A DNA stretch of 21,724 nt from assembly GCA_049424145.1 (NCBI GenBank), contig JBMSSC010000036.1:1-21724 (forward strand), written 5' to 3'. The translations under genes and the position numbers were made by a program. The notes beneath the pieces were generated by a model. It did no database searches and had not been told where the DNA came from. It saw only the letters and a list, made by a program, of their open reading frames with translations. The DNA comes from Bdellovibrionia bacterium. Its GTDB lineage: Bacteria > Bdellovibrionota > UBA1018. This document shows, piece by piece, positions 18,043 to 21,724 of the stretch. Position 1 is the first letter of the stretch; each line of letters begins with the position of its first letter.

Positions 18043-18421
18043 GAAAGTGATTCTGACTTCCCTGGCTCCTGAGCCGATTGGGCCTTATAGCCAAGCGGTT
18101 CAGGCTGGGGGGTTTGTCTTTTGCTCAGGGCAGATTGCACTTGATCCGAAAACGGGTCGTGTGGTCTCCCCTGAGATTGAGGCTCAAACGAAACAGGTCA
18201 TGGAGAACGTCAAGCACGTTTTGGAAGCGGCTGGGTGCTCGTTTGAGTCCGTGGTAAAGACGACGATCTTTCTGAAGTCCATGAATGACTTTCCAAAAGT
18301 GAATGAAATTTATGGCAGTTATTTGAATCACCAGCCCCCTGCTCGTTCAACAGTGGAGGTGGCCAGGCTTCCTAAGGATGTTTTAGTGGAAGTAGAAGTG
18401 ATTGCTTGGGTGGGAAAGTAG
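18029..18421 (+). CDS. ridA: RidA family enamine/imine deaminase
   Basis: [38 protein letters not shown]. Overlaps maeB by 14 nt. Confidence 0.93.
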   Translation: MSKPKKVILTSLAPEPIGPYSQAVQAGGFVFCSGQIALDPKTGRVVSPEIEAQTKQVMENVKHVLEAAGCSFESVVKTTIFLKSMNDFPKVNEIYGSYLNHQPPARSTVEVARLPKDVLVEVEVIAWVGK

Positions 18422-18480
18422 TTTTTTCTTTCGAACCCAAGCAATCTTAAAAAATTCAGATTGGATCGAGAACAACGCTG

Positions 18481-18512
18481 TTCAGACGGTGGAGTTCTCC
18501 ATGCCGTCTGGA
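18481..18512. terminator. Hairpin between convergent ridA and rpmB
   Basis: TTCAGACGG-TGGAG-TT-CTCCA-TG-CCGTCTGGA. No clear U tract. Confidence 0.45.
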
Positions 18513-18524
18513 GCCAATGGAGAG

Positions 18525-18752
18525 TTAGGCCGACTTCGTGGCTTCAGGCTTCCAGGTGCGCTTAACAGGCTTGGTGATCGCACCGGAGCGAATGCAACGA
18601 GTGCAAACACGAACTGTGCGAGTAGCTCCGTTGATGAACGCCTTCATGCGGTGCAGATTCGGCAGCCAGCGCGTTCTTGTTTTAATGTTGGAATGCGACA
18701 CTAAATTTCCAGTTGTTGGTCCCTTATCACAATAGTCACAAAAACGAGCCAT
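18525..18752 (-). CDS. rpmB: 50S ribosomal protein L28 (Cys-containing zinc-ribbon form)
   Basis: MARFCDYCDK..GNLVSHSNIKTRTRWLPNL..VCTRCIR. ATG 18752 with AAGGAAGG SD. Confidence 0.96.
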   Translation of the reverse strand: MARFCDYCDKGPTTGNLVSHSNIKTRTRWLPNLHRMKAFINGATRTVRVCTRCIRSGAITKPVKRTWKPEATKSA

Positions 18753-18783
18753 AAATCTATCCTTCCTTACTTGCGAGGGGTCG

Positions 18784-18812
18784 ACCTTAGCCAAATCCTT
18801 TAGCTTTTGCAA
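18784..18812 (-). promoter_or_regulatory. sigma70 promoter of rpmB, TTGCAA-N17-TAAGGT
   Basis: -35 at 18812-18807, -10 at 18789-18784, 17 nt spacer. Confidence 0.55.
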
Positions 18813-18843
18813 GAAAGAAAAGACGTGGTACCAATGGAGTCAA

Positions 18844-19560
18844 GTGATGAAAAAATCTCGTCAAAAGACCATTTGGACTCAAATTTGGCTAAAAATTAGG
18901 CTCACTCCTGGGCTGCTGTGGGGGCTTCTGGGAGCAGGAAGTGCGACGGTGGTGCTATTATCGGCCTTATTTCTTGCTGGGGAGATTTATCACTACTCAG
19001 ATACCATTGGCGCGGATCCTTTGCCCGAAGTGGACGCCATCGTGTGCTTGGCCGGGGGGCGCGGACGGATCACAGCTGCAGGGGATCTTTGGTATCGCTA
19101 CTTGGATCAGGCGTTGGATCAACCCCCCGGTTCCCAATTTAAAATTCCTACCCTTTATTTTGCAGGTCTTGGGCACCAGGCAAACTGGAATCAAGTTTCG
19201 CGGCAGATGAATCCGTCTGTGCTTGGAGTGATTCAGCCCGAAGATGTCATGATTGAAAAAGATAGCACGAATACGGATGCCAACGCTCGGTGGTTGCTTC
19301 AAACGGCAAACGAACGGCAGTGGAAGCGAATCATCCTGCTGACTTCAAGCTACCATATGAGGCGCGCTCAGTTTCTTTTGCGGCAAATCTTTCAAGAAGG
19401 ACAAATGCCCTTGGAGATTGAGACCTATTCCGTGTCGCAGGAGCCCTTTACGCAAGCCCATTGGAGTCAACGCGCCTTAGGGATTCGAGTGACCTTACTT
19501 GAGTACTTCAAGTGGCTGTACTACCAAGCCTCCTGGTCCTCAAAAACCTCAAGCGATTAA
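18844..19560 (+). CDS. YdcF/DUF218 (ElyC/SanA-like) membrane-anchored protein
   Basis: N-terminal TM, DAIVCLAGG, EKDSTNTDANA, LLTSSYHMRRA, EYFKW. Confidence 0.88.
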   Translation: MMKKSRQKTIWTQIWLKIRLTPGLLWGLLGAGSATVVLLSALFLAGEIYHYSDTIGADPLPEVDAIVCLAGGRGRITAAGDLWYRYLDQALDQPPGSQFKIPTLYFAGLGHQANWNQVSRQMNPSVLGVIQPEDVMIEKDSTNTDANARWLLQTANERQWKRIILLTSSYHMRRAQFLLRQIFQEGQMPLEIETYSVSQEPFTQAHWSQRALGIRVTLLEYFKWLYYQASWSSKTSSD

Positions 19561-19634
19561 GTCAAAGAGCTCCTGGAGGCTCGATTCTCAGTTTTCTGGC
19601 CTGACACAGAGCGGGGCGGTTGTGATCCCTTGCC

Positions 19635-20267
19635 CTAGGGTTTAGCTAGGATGATGCCGTGGGATTTGACCTGCGCCATTAAATTCTCCAAAGCGTGCTT
19701 GCGATGGGAGATCTTATTTTTCTCCTCATCGGTCATTTCCGCTAGGGTCTTATCGCTGCCGTTGGGAATGAAGATGGGGTCGTATCCAAAGCCATGGAGT
19801 CCACGAGGTGCGGTTGCAATTTGGCCATCGAGGATGCCTTGAGCATGAATTAAGATGCCTTCAACTACGAGGGCAACGGTGCAGACAAACCGAGCTTGGC
19901 GAGAGGAGGCATTTTTTAACTCCGAGAGGAGGAGATCCACGTTGGCTTCGTCTTGCGACTTAAAAGGCTTGGCCGGAGCATATCTGTGGCTTTTAACGCC
20001 CGGGCGCCCCTCTAAAGCCATCACTTCCAAGCCGGAGTCATCGGCTAAGGACGGGTAGTGACTGCATTGATTGGCCAGACGTGCTTTGGCAATGGCGTTC
20101 TCCAGGTAGGTTGAGTGCTTTTCTACGTTTTGGAGTTGGCCAGGGTTGCGAACCAAGGCCTCTGCAGCAACCAGCTGAACCTCAGGATAAGGCCGAAGTA
20201 AGGCCTGAAATTCCTCAAATTTATGACGATTGGTAGTGGCTAGAAGAACTCGTTTTGAAAGTCGCAT
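19635..20267 (-). CDS. rdgB: Non-canonical purine NTP pyrophosphatase (RdgB/HAM1)
   Basis: LLATTNRHK, ENAIAKA, ADDSGL, GFGYDPIF, KNKISHR. Start placed at ATG 20267 (MRLSK). Confidence 0.95.
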   Translation of the reverse strand: MRLSKRVLLATTNRHKFEEFQALLRPYPEVQLVAAEALVRNPGQLQNVEKHSTYLENAIAKARLANQCSHYPSLADDSGLEVMALEGRPGVKSHRYAPAKPFKSQDEANVDLLLSELKNASSRQARFVCTVALVVEGILIHAQGILDGQIATAPRGLHGFGYDPIFIPNGSDKTLAEMTDEEKNKISHRKHALENLMAQVKSHGIILAKP

Positions 20268-20273
20268 GGAAGG

Positions 20274-20282
20274 GGTATACCA
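20274..20282 (-). promoter_or_regulatory. Extended -10 (TGG-TATACC) 6 nt before the rdgB ATG, leaderless-type
   Basis: Minus strand reads TGGTATACC-ccttcc-ATG with no SD. Confidence 0.5.
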
Positions 20283-20485
20283 TACCTTCGTTTGAGAGGA
20301 AACTTTCTCCTGGGAGGAGAAAGACCGGGATAAAAGGGAATCCCAGCAAGAGGCCGGGGTTCGCAAAGCCCGAGAGATCTCCTAGGTGAGATGGGGTGAG
20401 ATGGGTCAGGACTTTTGGTGTCGGCCCGCAAAAGACTCCTTTGCCGGAGCCCAGGGAGTGTTCTCAGAGTCTCGTGTTATCCGAA

Positions 20486-21244
20486 CTACTCCGGCTTAAA
20501 GGTCACCTCATAGGCAAAAGCATGCATTTGGGGGAGATCCGCGAGGCTGAGAGCGCCTGAGAGTATCCAGGGCTCAAAGAGTTCCTCGGCCCAAGTATGA
20601 AGCTCTTGGTTTTGCGCCTCAGTTGTTCCTCCACAGTTTTGGGCGCTCTGCGCGCATGCCGAGAGCTGAAGGAGCGTTGCTTCGCACTCGCCGCTTAAAG
20701 TTTTCATCACTTGCACCGTCAGTTCGAGAGTTCCTAAAAGGGCAAGCGTCGGGGAGGAGGGGGCTAGGCTTGCGTCCCGGTTTGGGTTCACCTTACCCCA
20801 TTCTACGATTTCAAGAGAGCTTTTGCAGGCCGGATCGAGAAAAAAAGGGGCAGGCTCTGAGTTCCCTGCATAACTTAAGGTTTGATCGGAATTCACAAAG
20901 ATGGGCAAATAACTTTGGCCCGTGGGGTTGATGAGTCGAGCCGCCCCTGTTGAAGCTTGAGTGAGGATAAGAGCCACGGGATTGGTGACCACTTGAGTCA
21001 TTTCGCTGGGGAGTAAAGTAAGCGGGGCTGATTTTTCAATCAGCCCCGTTGTGGTGGCGACGTAAAATTTTAAAGTATCGGGGCTCGTAGCGTAGTACCC
21101 CGAAATGGAGTCTGATCCTGAGCTGCGGGATCGAGTTTGTTGGAAGTTTCCCATTCTGCACCCAGAGGTTGCCCAGGACAGAAACACGGCAATCGATGCG
21201 GATAAGAAAAAGGTGACGCCTCCAGGCAAGTCTCTTCCCAACAT
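20486..21244 (-). CDS. Hypothetical lipoprotein
   Basis: Hydrophobic N-terminus with lipobox-like ATSG-C, four further Cys, GGAGGGG SD. Confidence 0.75.
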   Translation of the reverse strand: MLGRDLPGGVTFFLSASIAVFLSWATSGCRMGNFQQTRSRSSGSDSISGYYATSPDTLKFYVATTTGLIEKSAPLTLLPSEMTQVVTNPVALILTQASTGAARLINPTGQSYLPIFVNSDQTLSYAGNSEPAPFFLDPACKSSLEIVEWGKVNPNRDASLAPSSPTLALLGTLELTVQVMKTLSGECEATLLQLSACAQSAQNCGGTTEAQNQELHTWAEELFEPWILSGALSLADLPQMHAFAYEVTFKPE

Positions 21245-21321
21245 GTGAATCCCCTCCAGGGTTCAAAAGTCTCTTCGGAGAGTTCAGGAGTTCGCTCAAT
21301 AGGAAAGGTTTGCCGCTTGAG

Positions 21322-21724
21322 CTAAAGGGATTGAGCCTTAGGCCTTTGCTGGTTTCCGTAGAGCAAAGTGCCTGAAACCACAGCCAGAGGAAGAGTGAAG
21401 CTCGAGAGCAGAGGGATGCTGAATAAGAAAATTAAAGTCATCCCTAACCCCAAGCAGGGTAAAAAGTGCCTCCAAAGAAAACGAAGTCCGTCGCTTAAGG
21501 TTTCTCCTCGACGAGTTTGTGGATAACTGAGGTACTGAAACGTCATCAGAAGGGAGCTGAAGACTAAGGCGAGAAGGTTTAAGCCGGGGAAGAGGGCAAA
21601 TAAAAATAGCATCCCTGTGGAGAAGGTAGCGGCCATGGATTTCATCAAGTCGATTCCCAGGAGCTTGAATTGAGAACCCCAGCCTTGCTTCTCAACCGGT
21701 GAGAGAGGAGGAGTAGTCCAGGGT
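21322..21724 (-). CDS. CysZ/EI24-like membrane protein (C-terminal part, start outside window)
   Basis: Frame is open to the window edge. FQYLSYPQTRR..IPLLSSFTLPLAVVSGTLLY resembles the CysZ/EI24 C-terminus. Confidence 0.7.
   Translation of the reverse strand, partial: PWTTPPLSPVEKQGWGSQFKLLGIDLMKSMAATFSTGMLFLFALFPGLNLLALVFSSLLMTFQYLSYPQTRRGETLSDGLRFLWRHFLPCLGLGMTLIFLFSIPLLSSFTLPLAVVSGTLLYGNQQRPKAQSL

Noticed and set aside
20268..20366. 33-aa N-terminal extension of RdgB given by the ORF track
   Set aside because: Family similarity starts at MRLSKRVLLAT, and a -10 box sits directly before ATG 20267.
20403..20427. SRP RNA helix-8-like GGGTCAGG...GGCCC
   Set aside because: No GNRA loop and no AGCAG motif.
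20296..20498. RNase P RNA-like fragments (GAGGAAA ... CCGGCTTA)
   Set aside because: Lacks the GAAAGUCC P4 strand, spans only ~200 nt, and the 3' match lies within a CDS end.
21518..21526. Perfect DnaA box TGTGGATAA
   Set aside because: Single box inside a CDS, with no cluster or unwinding element nearby.

Overview
Core-genome bacterial region, probably Bdellovibrionota/Oligoflexia-like (inferred from the hybrid MaeB, the sigma32-family factor and lineage-type hypothetical envelope proteins). Left: a translationally coupled minus-strand run tmk-holB-mlaF-mlaF-mlaE-mlaE(partial), a GYF_2-like membrane protein, and a divergent beta-barrel gene with a sigma54-like promoter. Middle: rpoH-like sigma, rpsO and pnp on the minus strand, a divergent M16 peptidase, a ~420 bp non-coding gap, and a three-gene envelope cluster (beta-barrel, tail-anchored protein, zincin-like lipoprotein). 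Right: maeB-ridA, rpmB, a YdcF/DUF218 gene, rdgB, a lipoprotein and a partial CysZ/EI24-like gene. No mobile element, CRISPR array, tRNA or rRNA was seen. Best leads: two MlaF paralogs whose degenerate motifs fall in the same composite ATP site (asymmetric Mla/MCE transporter); a four-way-junction fold between rpsO and pnp; a D-to-V change in the PNPase QMDIK motif; several leaderless-type promoters; an AT-rich promoter-like island inside a CDS. All analysis was done by eye.
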